64,000 nt of DNA. It comes from Candidatus Bathyarchaeota archaeon. Its GTDB lineage: Archaea; Thermoproteota; Bathyarchaeia; Bathyarchaeales; Bathycorpusculaceae. The translations under genes were made by a program, and so were the position numbers. Where the stretch lies: NCBI GenBank assembly GCA_963767735.1, contig CAVYES010000005.1:192001-256000 (forward strand), written 5' to 3'. Below the pieces are notes generated by a model, which ran no database searches, was not told where the DNA came from, and saw nothing but the letters and a program-made list of their open reading frames with translations. Below are positions 1-10,245 of this stretch, one piece after another (positions within the stretch are counted from its first letter, which is position 1; each line of letters opens with the position of its first letter).

Positions 1-2
1 CG

Positions 3-758
3 CAAACTGGACAATTCCTGATAGTTATAAACGGCAAAGAAGGCGAAAGAGTACCCCTGACAATCGCTGGATATGACACAACGAAAGGAACGGTATCATT
101 TGCTTTCCATGAGGTCGGCAAAACCACAAAAGCGCTTGGCTTACTACACGAAGGCGAAAGCATCGACAACGTTACGGGTCCACTTGGCAATCCATCTGAA
201 GTTAAAAACTTCGGTAAAGTTCTCTGTATTGGCGGAAGCGTAATGATTGCGCCGTTGCTGTTGCAGGCTAAAGCCATGAAGGCAGCAGGTAACAACGTAA
301 CCACGATTCTTGGTGCACGAACAAAAGAGTTCATAATGATGGAAAACGAAGCGAAACAGTACAGTGATAAGGTTTACATTGCGACTGACGATGGAACGGC
401 AGGATACAAAGGCTTAGATTTCTTCAAAGACCTACTTACGAAGGAAAAGTTTGACCGCTGCGTGGTTATGGGTCCAGTAATCCTGATGAAGGATGTTAGT
501 GAAATCACTAAGCCCTATGGCATACCAACGATTGTAACTACAACGCCCATAATGATTGACGGTATGGGTATGTGTGGAGTATGTCGAGTCACCGTTGACG
601 GCAAAATGCAGTTTGGCTGCGTTGACGGACCAGAATTTGACGGTCACAAGGTTGATTTCGACCAGTTGATTTTGCGTCAGCGCACTATGTTGCCCGAAGA
701 AAGGTTAAGTTCAGTTTTGTGGGAAATGCGTGGAGGTTGCAAGTGTGGCAGAAGTTAA
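3..758 (+). CDS. nfnA: NfnA/SudB-like FAD/2Fe-2S subunit of electron-bifurcating transhydrogenase (5' truncated by window)
   Basis: Frame open from nt 3 (QTGQFLIVING..ERVPLTIA), GPLG, TDDG, DGMGMCGVCRV and CVDGPEFDGH motifs; overlaps the GltD-like gene. Confidence 0.9.
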   Translation, partial: QTGQFLIVINGKEGERVPLTIAGYDTTKGTVSFAFHEVGKTTKALGLLHEGESIDNVTGPLGNPSEVKNFGKVLCIGGSVMIAPLLLQAKAMKAAGNNVTTILGARTKEFIMMENEAKQYSDKVYIATDDGTAGYKGLDFFKDLLTKEKFDRCVVMGPVILMKDVSEITKPYGIPTIVTTTPIMIDGMGMCGVCRVTVDGKMQFGCVDGPEFDGHKVDFDQLILRQRTMLPEERLSSVLWEMRGGCKCGRS

Positions 759-2154
759 GCCTAAACCAAAATTAAACAAGAAAGCCGTTGAAATGGCTAA
801 ACAAGAACCTAAAATACGCGCTGAAAACTTTAACGAAGTTGCTTTAGGTTACACCGAAGCTGAAACGCTTGAAGAAGCCAGCCGATGCTTACAGTGTCCA
901 AAACCTCAATGTATGACTGGTTGCCCCGTTGAAGTTCCCATACCCGGCTTCATAAAACTGCTTAGAGAAAAGAAGTATGATGAAGCCATAGCTTTGATAA
1001 AAACAAAGAACGCGTTGCCAGCCGTATGCGGAAGAGTCTGTCCTCAAGAATCACAATGCCAAGCCAAATGCGTAGTCGGCAAGATGGGTGAGCCAATCAG
1101 CATCGGACGACTAGAGCGTTTTCTGGCAGATTGGGAGCGAACTAATGGTTCCAAGCTTCCGCCGAAAGCTCCACCAACAGGCAAGAAAGTGGCGATTGTA
1201 GGTGCTGGTCCAGCTGGATTGACTGCTGCAGCTGACTTAGTAAAGCTTGGCCACGATGTTACAATGTTTGAGGCGCTACATGTCGGCGGCGGAGTGCTGT
1301 CATATGGTATTCCAGAGTTCCGTTTACCAAAAGCGATAGTGCAAAACGAAGTGGCATACATTCAAAAGTTAGGTGTTGATTTGCGTCTTGGCAACTTGGT
1401 TGGCAGAATCCACACGATTCCAGAACTTATGAAGAATGGTTATGACGCAGTATTCATCGGCAGCGGCGCAGGCTTGCCCCAGTTCACTGGTTGCTCAGGA
1501 GAGAACCTTGGCGGAATCTACTCAGCTAACGAGTTTCTGATACGCGTTAACCTCATGAAAGCATTCCAGTTCCCAGACTATGATACTCCAATACGCATAG
1601 GCAAACACGTAGTCGTTATCGGCGGCGGAAACGTGGCTATGGACTGCGCAAGAAGCAGCATGCGTCTTGGCGCTGATGTTTGCTTGCTTTATCGGCGTTC
1701 ACGTGCAGAGTTGCCAGCGAGACATGAAGAGATAGAGAACGCTGAGGAAGAAGGCTTAGTCTGCAAGTTTCTTGGTGCGCCAGTCGAGTTTTACGGTGAC
1801 GAAAGCGGCTGGGTTAAAAGTATGAAATGCATCGCAATGGAGCTCACTGAACCTGACGCAAAGGGCAGACGTGGAGTAAAAGAAGTTCCAGGCTCCGAGT
1901 TCACTATGGACGTTGATACCGTAATCGTTGCAATCGGTCAAACACCAAACCCGATTATCCAAAGAACAACAGACGGCTTACAAAGCGACCCAAGACACGG
2001 AACAATATGCGTTAACGAAGTAGGCAAAACCAGCTTAGACGGAGTTTACGCAGGCGGAGACGTCGCAACAGGAGCAGCAACAGTCATCAGCGCAATGGGC
2101 GCAGGCAAACGCGCAGCAAAAGCAATGCACGAATACTTGATGAACAAGAAATAA
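745..2154 (+). CDS. nfnB: NfnB/SudA-like NADPH-dependent glutamate synthase beta-type flavoprotein
   Basis: EASRCLQC..C..GCP, CGRVCPQE, GAGPAGL, GGGNVAMD, AGGD motifs; GTG at 745 follows GGAGG. Confidence 0.92.
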   Translation: MAEVKPKPKLNKKAVEMAKQEPKIRAENFNEVALGYTEAETLEEASRCLQCPKPQCMTGCPVEVPIPGFIKLLREKKYDEAIALIKTKNALPAVCGRVCPQESQCQAKCVVGKMGEPISIGRLERFLADWERTNGSKLPPKAPPTGKKVAIVGAGPAGLTAAADLVKLGHDVTMFEALHVGGGVLSYGIPEFRLPKAIVQNEVAYIQKLGVDLRLGNLVGRIHTIPELMKNGYDAVFIGSGAGLPQFTGCSGENLGGIYSANEFLIRVNLMKAFQFPDYDTPIRIGKHVVVIGGGNVAMDCARSSMRLGADVCLLYRRSRAELPARHEEIENAEEEGLVCKFLGAPVEFYGDESGWVKSMKCIAMELTEPDAKGRRGVKEVPGSEFTMDVDTVIVAIGQTPNPIIQRTTDGLQSDPRHGTICVNEVGKTSLDGVYAGGDVATGAATVISAMGAGKRAAKAMHEYLMNKK

Positions 2155-2342
2155 CTTTGCTGAAGTAACTTAGTCTCTTTGAGACTCTCCATTCTTTATT
2201 TGATGAATCAACTCTTTTCTTTTAAACTTAAATGCTAAGTTCGGGCACTGAACTTTTTCTTCAACATTCTTGCAAATTACGAGTCACTTGCCATAAAGTA
2301 ATATAGCTTCAAAACGATTGAACCTGCCTAGAGCGATTAAGC

Positions 2343-3059
2343 ATGAGAAAGATGAAAGGGTCAAGCAACTATCTCAAGAACCAAGTTAGAAAAAACTTGG
2401 CAAAAGCGGTTCTCTGCATAGCCTTATTTGTCTTGATCCTTTTTGCCCTGAGCTTGAGAGCGCTCTTAACACTGAGTTTTAGCATTTTTGAGGCGGCTGG
2501 ATTGTTGGTTTCGCTGGTGCCCTTAGCCGCTTTCTACTTTTACCTGCGGAAGTACCGAATTTACAACGCCGGTTGGATGGGCGAAAAACAAGTAGCTAAA
2601 CTTCTAAGCGGCAAACTAAGCGACGACTATTTCCTAATAAACGACTTGTACCTGCATGGAGGTGGCGGCGACATTGACCACGTCGTTCTTGGTCCAAGCG
2701 GCATCTTTGTTTTAGAAACGAAGAACTGGAGCGGCGACATAACCTGCAATGGTGATGACTGGTTAAGAGCGGGTAAGCGCAAATTTAAGGGTAGTCCGAG
2801 TTTGCAAGTTAAGAGGAATGCCGCAAAAATAAAAAGCATAGTTGATTCTTCGCAGTCTTTTGGGTCCCTAAGAGTTTGGGTTGAAGGCATCGTGGTTTTT
2901 ACTAATAACCATGCCACTTTCCACTTAAACAATCCTACAGTTTCGATTCTTAAACTTCCACAAATGCCCGGCTACATAATCACGCACAGAAACACAAACA
3001 ACTTGTCCCGTCAGCAAATTGAAGCTATGGGAAAAGAGATTCTTAAACAAAAAAGTTAA
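2343..3059 (+). CDS. NERD-domain (nuclease-related) membrane-anchored protein
   Basis: Two N-terminal TM helices, then GE..V, DIDHVV.GPSGIFVLETKNWSG NERD signature. Confidence 0.85.
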   Translation: MRKMKGSSNYLKNQVRKNLAKAVLCIALFVLILFALSLRALLTLSFSIFEAAGLLVSLVPLAAFYFYLRKYRIYNAGWMGEKQVAKLLSGKLSDDYFLINDLYLHGGGGDIDHVVLGPSGIFVLETKNWSGDITCNGDDWLRAGKRKFKGSPSLQVKRNAAKIKSIVDSSQSFGSLRVWVEGIVVFTNNHATFHLNNPTVSILKLPQMPGYIITHRNTNNLSRQQIEAMGKEILKQKS

Positions 3060-3763
3060 TGTTGGCTCATTTCCTTTGGGGGAGTGATTTTGAGCCAGTC
3101 TTTTCTTTTTACGCAAGCAAACGAAGTGAGGCTAGTGATTAGCAATGTGCCCATTGTGAGGAAGTTTGCGGAGTTTACTTCTAAGTGATAAATGGAAAAG
3201 GATAAGATGGCGAGAAAAATGTAGAGTGTAACGGCACCTGTAATCAGTTGGAGGACATGGAAGCCTTTTCTTACTCGGCAAGCTTGCGATTTTATCTTAT
3301 TTAAGGTAGATTCAATTCTTTTTGAAACGTCTGGAAGATCGTCTAAGAATAAGGTTGCCCCTGTTAAGACAAAAAATCTTCCAGCGTTGATCTCAATGTT
3401 TCCTGTGTTCACAAGAAAAAGAGATACTAAAGAAACCGATGTAAAAAACATTACATAAATGGTGGAGAATACTAAAACAAAAAAGCCGTAAACGTAATGG
3501 TGAAACCAGAGTCGTCCCGTGTGGAGGGCACGCCCTATGCTTGCGCTGGGAAAAATATTAATGAGTGCGGCTATGGCCGCTACTAAAAAGAGGTCGCCGC
3601 TAATTAACCATGGCGTGTAAGGCTTCCACCCAGGCCAAGCGAAGTAAAAACCATACAGAATTCCAGCTATGGCAGTTAAGGTTATGAAAGCATTTAGGAT
3701 TAACGTTAAACTGAATATTTTTTTTATGTATGTGAATACAGAACAACCCATTTTATATCCCAA
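3056..3763 (-). CDS. Hypothetical multi-pass membrane protein
   Basis: 235-aa hydrophobic ORF with HHYVYG and FLDD motifs; start uncertain. Confidence 0.65.
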   Translation of the reverse strand: MGYKMGCSVFTYIKKIFSLTLILNAFITLTAIAGILYGFYFAWPGWKPYTPWLISGDLFLVAAIAALINIFPSASIGRALHTGRLWFHHYVYGFFVLVFSTIYVMFFTSVSLVSLFLVNTGNIEINAGRFFVLTGATLFLDDLPDVSKRIESTLNKIKSQACRVRKGFHVLQLITGAVTLYIFLAILSFSIYHLEVNSANFLTMGTLLITSLTSFACVKRKDWLKITPPKEMSQH

Positions 3764-4021
3764 AACTGTTTGTAGGTGCCCTTTTTCATTTTTTATTACA
3801 TACTAATAATCCGACTCATTTAAAATTAACGTATGTTAAAGATTAAGACTATGTAGTAAGTCGCTTGCATAAGCCATAATTGTGATGTAACGCCGCGATT
3901 TGGAACGTTGTTTTTTGTTTTTTAGTTCATTCATAAAGGATTATCTAATCACGACAGGATTTTCTTTGGCTAAAACTTATAGGCATTCAGGCTATCATTA
4001 ACTTGTAAGGTTGTGGTAAAT

Positions 4022-4386
4022 TTGGGTAGCATTTTGTTAGGTGCCTTTGTTGGATTTTTGGTTACGGTGGTTATTGCTTTTCTGTTTCCAGGAGTCGGTC
4101 ACTTGGTAGGTGGGTTCCTATGCGGTTTAGTGGCTGGGCTCGTGGCTAGAGTGTCGGTAAAGGTTTAATCGCTGGTTTTCTCGCAGGCATATTCGGTGGC
4201 ATAATAATAGCAATTTTAGCCTTCTTAAAACTCGCAATCATCGGAGGCATTCACGGTGGGCTTTCCGGTGCGTTGTTTGGAGGCTTACATGGTTTGGCAG
4301 TGGGCATGGTAGCGATAATACTGGCGGTATTTGCTGGCATAGTTGCAGCTGTCGGCGGCTTGATAGGTGGAGCAATTACGCGATAA
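4022..4386 (+). pseudogene. Gly-rich membrane protein (DUF5518-like), frameshifted near 4150
   Basis: TTG..MGSILLGAFVGF..GGFLCGLVAGLVAR in one frame continues as GVGKGLIAGFLAGIFGG..GGLIGGAITR* in another; 365 nt, one base short. Confidence 0.7.
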
Positions 4387-4530
4387 ACCAAATTTTATCT
4401 TTTTGATATTTGAGTTAAGATTTCAGTGACAACTTGTGTTTGATTTTATTTGTTTGGCTGAGTGCACCGTTGAGTGGTTGCTATTTACTATGCGGTGTTG
4501 GTCGTAAATAGTAGGGAGGGACTCGGCGGT

Positions 4531-6075
4531 TTATCTGTCGAGCATGAACGATTTCTGTGGCGCAAGTCTCTCAGGTACGAGATCCAAAATCATCTTTTCC
4601 GCAGGCTTCTTTGTCAAAACGACCGGCGATAATTGCGTTGCAAGCTGTAACGCCGAAGCCAACTTGCTGCTTCGCTCAGCGTAGATTTCAAACAGGACAT
4701 CGCCTTTATGCACGGTTTCACCCAGCTTTGCATGCAACACCATGCCTGCGCCTTTTTCTTTAGGGGTTCCGGCTTCGCGTGCAATTCGAACGATGTCATC
4801 CGTGCTTATCCAAATAACCTTCCCAGAACATTCAGATCGAACTTCCGCCATTTTTGTGCCGACAGGCAAATCGTCAGGTTTAACTTTTGGGTTTCCGCCT
4901 TGAGCAGCAATTATTTGCCGCATTTTGGCTTCGGCTTTGCCTGAATCAAGCATTTCCTCTGCTTTGGCGCTTCCGTTTTCAACTCCGACCATTTCGAAGA
5001 GAATGCCTGCGAGGCTAACAGCTTTATCCCTCAGGTCAGGCGGTCCCTCGCCCATAAGAGTTGTTAATGCTTCACCCGCTTCAAGGGCAGGTCCGATGCA
5101 GCAGCCTAATGGTTGGTCCCCGAAAGTTAGGGCGCACTGAATGTTTAAGCCTAAACGTTTCCCCAGATCCACAAAATCCGAAGCCAAAGTGTACGCCTCG
5201 GTTCGTGTTTTAATTTTAGCAGCCATCCCCGTTGGAATATCAATCACTACGTGTGTGGCTCCGATGGCTTTTTTCTTGCTAAGAATAGACGGCAAAAGCA
5301 TAGGGTCAATTCCTAAGGGGTATTCAACTTGAATGAAAAGGTCATCGGCTGGCGCAAGCTCCAAAGAGCCGCCCCAAACCAAGCACCCGTTAGTTTTCGC
5401 TACAACCTCTTTTATCTCGTCGATGGCTAAGTTTACGGGGCAGAGAGTTTCCACGCGGTCTGCGGTTCCAGCAGGCGAGGTAATTGCTCGTGAAGAAGTT
5501 TTGGGGATGGTGAATCCTGCAGCCGCCACAATGGGCACAACAAGCATGGATGTTTTGTCGCCTGGTATGCCGCCTACGCTGTGCTTATCAAGGATGGGTC
5601 CTTCGCCGAAGCTGAGTGTTTTCCCCGTGGCAACCATAGCTCTTGATAAGGCTTCATTCTCGCTTGTGCTTAATCCGTGAATGCTGAGCGCCGTTAAGAA
5701 AGCGGCTACTTCAGCGTTACTCAAATGCCGCTCAACAACATCCTTCACTATGTTCACAAGGTCTTTCTCACGCAAACGTTCCCCATGCAGTTTAGCTCTG
5801 ACGTTGAAAAGCGACTCAGGAAGGGGGGCTAGCTGCACAGAAACAGTCTCATCCTCTTTTACGCCTAGCGCTTTGGCGGTTTCATCGTAGAGCCCGATGC
5901 TTTTTCTAGAAAAATATTCCGCGATGTTTGCAATGGCAATCATTTCCTTGTTGCCATATTTTATTCGTATTCTGTCTGAGCTATGCACGCCCAACGAGTT
6001 GGCGCTTTCTTCGCTGATTATGGCGATTCTGCTTCCGCCCGTAAGTATGGGCAAGAGTTCAACCTTTAACTCCAT
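4531..6075 (-). CDS. deoA: AMP phosphorylase
   Basis: DKHSVGGIPGDK, KTSSRAITSPAGTAD, LAPADD, SILSKK motifs with N-terminal extension; next to RuBisCO and R15P isomerase. Confidence 0.93.
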   Translation of the reverse strand: MELKVELLPILTGGSRIAIISEESANSLGVHSSDRIRIKYGNKEMIAIANIAEYFSRKSIGLYDETAKALGVKEDETVSVQLAPLPESLFNVRAKLHGERLREKDLVNIVKDVVERHLSNAEVAAFLTALSIHGLSTSENEALSRAMVATGKTLSFGEGPILDKHSVGGIPGDKTSMLVVPIVAAAGFTIPKTSSRAITSPAGTADRVETLCPVNLAIDEIKEVVAKTNGCLVWGGSLELAPADDLFIQVEYPLGIDPMLLPSILSKKKAIGATHVVIDIPTGMAAKIKTRTEAYTLASDFVDLGKRLGLNIQCALTFGDQPLGCCIGPALEAGEALTTLMGEGPPDLRDKAVSLAGILFEMVGVENGSAKAEEMLDSGKAEAKMRQIIAAQGGNPKVKPDDLPVGTKMAEVRSECSGKVIWISTDDIVRIAREAGTPKEKGAGMVLHAKLGETVHKGDVLFEIYAERSSKLASALQLATQLSPVVLTKKPAEKMILDLVPERLAPQKSFMLDR

Positions 6076-6107
6076 AAATAGTCACGCTGTAAACTGAGTA
6101 CATTTAG

Positions 6108-6943
6108 GAATAGTTAAAGATTTCAAACTGTCAGAAAATCGTCAAACATTGACTGAGCTATGTCGAGGCTTCTTGATTTAATCAGTTTTGCTAGTAGGTG
6201 AGCAAGTGAATAGTATTAAATTTGAAATGAAATATATATCAGTCTATGACGGGTCTTGGGAAGGCTTGGCACGATTAAGCAGAAAAGGCAAGCTCCTAGT
6301 TTCAGCGGCCATACTGATAGTTTTGGTTCTGTTGTTGACTGAATTTTGGATTATCCCACAAATCTTTCCAGAATCGCCATCGGCTGTATCACCCACCATT
6401 GGAGCAATCCAACCAACTGCAGGTTATTACTTGCCTTTCAGGGGAAATGTTAGCAAGATTTTTGTAGTTTCTGTAAACGTTAGTTCTGGTGTCTACCCAT
6501 TTGACCCGCGAGCAAGCATGGGCAGTATAAATGGGAAGCCAGCGGGGAAAATAGTTGTCACAAAAGGGGAACCTTGCGTTGTCATCAACGTTACTCTCCG
6601 TAATGACTATTCAGCACAGAACCCGCCACCTAACCAGCTTATTTACGACCCCAAATATCCGGCACAAGCGTATATTTTCATGACCGCGAAAATATTCAAT
6701 GGGAACAACGAAATCAACTCAACTGATTTAATGCACTTAGACTTGCCCCCTGACGCTTGGTCTGAAACATGGCTAAATGGTGGAGGAACTGGAACAATCT
6801 CAATATATTTAGCCATTACAAGCCACAGGGAAATTACAGGTTTTCAGCTAAATACAATATGGATTGGCGGAGTCCCCCTGGCATAGATTGCATTCAACTG
6901 TTGACTCCTTAAGGTAGGGTTGAACAAGAATAGTTAAAGATTT
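6108..6943. repeat. 16-bp exact direct repeat GAATAGTTAAAGATTT (6108-6123, 6928-6943) bracketing an unrelated gene
   Basis: Both copies read directly; each contains a TATA-like core upstream of deoA (minus) or rbcL (plus). Confidence 0.8.
6266..6886 (+). CDS. Hypothetical membrane-anchored/secreted protein
   Basis: Likely TTG start 6266 (MARLSRKGKLLVSAAIL..), single N-terminal TM helix, beta-rich body. Confidence 0.7.
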   Translation: MARLSRKGKLLVSAAILIVLVLLLTEFWIIPQIFPESPSAVSPTIGAIQPTAGYYLPFRGNVSKIFVVSVNVSSGVYPFDPRASMGSINGKPAGKIVVTKGEPCVVINVTLRNDYSAQNPPPNQLIYDPKYPAQAYIFMTAKIFNGNNEINSTDLMHLDLPPDAWSETWLNGGGTGTISIYLAITSHREITGFQLNTIWIGGVPLA

Positions 6944-6983
6944 TAAGGAAAAACAAGTTCTCACTATCCCTGAGAGGAACGCT

Positions 6984-8208
6984 TTGAAGTATCTTGACTT
7001 TGTAGATTTAACTTACGTGCCGAAAGAAACCGATTTAATCTGCACATTTTATTTGGAGCCCGAAGGCATCAGCCTCAAGGAAGCCGCAGGCGGCGTTGCC
7101 GCGGAAAGTTCCGTGGGTACGTGGACAGAACTCACAACAGAGAAGCCGTACGTGAGCAAGTTGGCAGCACACGTTTACAGCATCGATGGCAATGTAGCTA
7201 AAATCGCTTACCCGATTGAACTTTTTGAGCCAGCCAACATGCCTAACATTCTAAGCAGCGTTGCAGGAAACGTTTTCGGGCTTAAAGCACTCAAAAACCT
7301 GCGCCTCCTCGACATTCAAATGCCAAAAAGCTTAATCCACAGCTTTAAAGGTCCAAACTTTGGCATCGCTGGAATTCGCAAGCTCCTAAAAGTTCCTGAG
7401 CGCCCGCTTGTCGGTACAATAATTAAGCCCAAACTTGGACTAAAAACTAAAGACCACGCAAAAGTGGCTTATGAGGCTTGGAGCGGCGGCTGCGACATCG
7501 TAAAAGACGACGAGAACTTGAGCAGCCAAAAATTCAACCCCTTCGAAGAACGGCTCGTTCAGACTTTGGAGAGCCGCGACAAAGCGCAGCAGGAAACGGG
7601 TGAACGCAAAGTCTACATGGTTAACATCACCGCTGAAACCAACCTTATGCTAAAACGCGCAGAAGCCGTCATCGCTCAGGGCGGAGAATACGTGATGGTG
7701 GACATCTTAACCACTGGCTGGTCAGCACTCCAAACCCTCAGAGACCAAAACCTCAAACTTGTCATTCACGCTCACAGGGCAGGGCACGCTGCTTTCACAA
7801 AAAACCCGCAAACACGGCATAGCAATGCGTCCGATAGCAACAGTTGCAAGAGTAATTGGCGTTGACCAACTCCACGTGGGCACAGTAGTGGGCAAAATGT
7901 CAGAAACAAAAGCAGAAGTGCTTGAAAACATCGACGCATGCAAAGCCATGCTGGGCGGATTAAAGCCTGTTTTGCCCGTTGCTTCAGGAGGAATCCATCC
8001 ACGACTTGTGTCTGCACTTCTTGAAACTTTCGGTAACGATGTGGTTATTCAAGCTGGCGGCGGAATCCACGGGCATCCAAACGGAACCGTAGCGGGAGCA
8101 AAAGCCATGCGACAAGCCGTTGACGCCAAATTGAACGGTCAATCCGTGGAAAAATACGCTGAAACTCACAGAGAATTAAAAGCCGCCTTAGAGCATTGGA
8201 AAGTCTAA
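6984..8208 (+). pseudogene. rbcL: Form III RuBisCO large subunit, split by an extra base near 7805-7809
   Basis: AAESSVGTW, IKPKLG, KDDE, HAHRA in 6984-7865; HVGTVVGKM, SGG, GGGIHGHP in 7759-8208; removing one base restores FTKNPKHG. Confidence 0.9.
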
Positions 8209-9131
8209 GTTCGTTTAAGAACCCAAGGGTAACTTCGATGTACCGTTTCAACTATTGATTGAGGTGCGATTACTCCTTCTTCGCAGATTAAGCCGTGGAT
8301 GTAGCGGCTTGGGGTAACGTCAAAAGCGGGGTTGCGAACAGAAAGCTTCTCGGGAGCTTCATTCCAGACTTCTCTTGGGCTTCGCTGTTCAATGTGTTCG
8401 TATGTTCCGTTTAGGGTTTCTGGGTCGAACTTTAAGAGTTCCGAAACGACATAGAAGGGTTTTCGGGCTTCGTTGGCTAAGACGGCGATGCTGCTGGTGC
8501 CAATCTTGTTAACAACGTTGCCCTCCGAGGTGATGGCGTCTGCACCCACAACTACGAGGTCAACATCGCCCATATAGGAGCGTGCAGCGGAATCGACAAT
8601 GAACATGGTTTGGATGCCGAGCTCGACCATTTCCCTGGCGGTTATTCTTCCTTGGAATGCGGGTCGCGTTTCAGTGCAGATAACGCTGAATTCTTTGCCG
8701 TCAGCTTTGGCTTTGGCAATCATTCGTGTCACTGTTGACGAGTGGCAATGAGTAAAAACTAACATGCCATCGCGGATTCGGTTGGCGCCTATTTCCGCAA
8801 TGACTTCTCTTGAAGCCTCAAGATTCTGCAAAAACAAAGCTACGTTTGAACTAACCATCTCGCCCAGAACATCAACCTTTTCTTTGGTGCTGTCTTGGGT
8901 CTGAGTGATTACCCATCGGACGGCGTTTCTCATTAAGGGCTCAGTTTCTCTTGACGCAAAAAGTGCTGCCTGCGCTTCTTTAAGCTCCTCTAAGAAGGCT
9001 GTTTTGTTTTTAGCTTTTGTCTGCTCTGCTAAAGTTTGGATGGCTTTTACGGCGGCTATGGCAACGTTTCTTGCACCTTGAACTTCAAGTCTTCTTATCC
9101 TATCTGCCGTCGCGAGAACTGTTTCGTTCAC
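8205..9131 (-). CDS. Ribose-1,5-bisphosphate isomerase (eIF-2B family)
   Basis: VQGA, THCHS (catalytic Cys), ETRP, VGADAI (catalytic Asp), NKIGT, NPAFDVTP; pathway context. Confidence 0.9.
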   Translation of the reverse strand: MNETVLATADRIRRLEVQGARNVAIAAVKAIQTLAEQTKAKNKTAFLEELKEAQAALFASRETEPLMRNAVRWVITQTQDSTKEKVDVLGEMVSSNVALFLQNLEASREVIAEIGANRIRDGMLVFTHCHSSTVTRMIAKAKADGKEFSVICTETRPAFQGRITAREMVELGIQTMFIVDSAARSYMGDVDLVVVGADAITSEGNVVNKIGTSSIAVLANEARKPFYVVSELLKFDPETLNGTYEHIEQRSPREVWNEAPEKLSVRNPAFDVTPSRYIHGLICEEGVIAPQSIVETVHRSYPWVLKRT

Positions 9132-9211
9132 AATCTTTCAACCTCTAAAGAGCAACGTTTTTGGCTGTGTTATTTATCAAAAAAGAAGCATATAAGCCAA
9201 TTCATAACAAG

Positions 9212-9652
9212 TTATAGCTGAGTATTTGCCGGCGCCTTTTTAGGGTGGCTAATGAGGTGTCGAAAATATTTTTCCACGGGCGTATGAACATAGATGGCTC
9301 CGCTTATGATGATTGCGCCAATCATAATCAGCAGAAAAGCTATGTTTTGACCTGAAGTCGTTATGCGACTAGTTAAATCTAATGTAGCAAAAACGCCTAC
9401 TACAATGAGTATTAGACCGGCGATTAGATAATTAACTAAGCCATACTGGTTTTTATCGTGAATTTCCATGTTCGGCGGATTCTCATGGTTATCCCGCTTT
9501 TCTGGTTCCTCGCTCCCCGGTGCCACTTGACTTGACATTGAGTCTTTTAGTGCTGTCCCGCATTTTGGGCAGAAAGCCATTGTTTCATCGACGGTATTGC
9601 CGCATTTGAGGCAGTATGGCATGCGAACTCTCCTGTTTTCATATTTCATCAT
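9212..9652 (-). CDS. Zinc-ribbon membrane protein
   Basis: YCLKCG..FCPKCG then two TM helices; probable start at MPYC (9622). Confidence 0.75.
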   Translation of the reverse strand: MMKYENRRVRMPYCLKCGNTVDETMAFCPKCGTALKDSMSSQVAPGSEEPEKRDNHENPPNMEIHDKNQYGLVNYLIAGLILIVVGVFATLDLTSRITTSGQNIAFLLIMIGAIIISGAIYVHTPVEKYFRHLISHPKKAPANTQL

Positions 9653-9738
9653 CTCAAACTATTAAAACATGCACGCTCTTCTTTTGAGAGAAAGATATAT
9701 GTGGCGAAATGGCATAATCGGGTAAGGACAAATGCGCT

Positions 9739-10245
9739 TTGATTAAAGATTTAAACCCACAGGCCTTAGCTGATAAGAAAAAAGAAAACTTAATTACCAC
9801 TGTATATATTGGGCTTATTTTTATTCTGCTTGCAATAATTTACTTCATCAATCTTCATAACAACATTTGGAATAGCTTTGTTAATTTCCTTGGCTCTTTC
9901 GTTCTTACTCAAGTTCCAGGGACCAGCGTTTTTTTGCCTGCGCCTTTTACCCCGGGTGCTTATACGGTTCTCTATACTGCTGCTTTCGAGTTTTGCTTGG
10001 GCATAGGTATTTTAGAAATGTCAATATTGGCTTTAAGAATCAGGATGCATTCGTCTCTTCCAAGGAAAGCTGAAACTATCGAAAACGTTGTTTTTTGGCT
10101 TGGAGCAAGCTATTTAGCAATTACTTATCTTGTTAACATGGCAATAATGAGTGAGTGGTTCGTTTTTTGGGCTGGAATAATTGTGATTGGTGGTTTATCG
10201 CTGATTGCTAGGTCGTTTGTTCTTTTAGCTGGACGACCAAATTAG
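9739..10245 (+). CDS. Hypothetical membrane protein
   Basis: 168-aa hydrophobic ORF, about 4 TM segments. Confidence 0.65.
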   Translation: MIKDLNPQALADKKKENLITTVYIGLIFILLAIIYFINLHNNIWNSFVNFLGSFVLTQVPGTSVFLPAPFTPGAYTVLYTAAFEFCLGIGILEMSILALRIRMHSSLPRKAETIENVVFWLGASYLAITYLVNMAIMSEWFVFWAGIIVIGGLSLIARSFVLLAGRPN

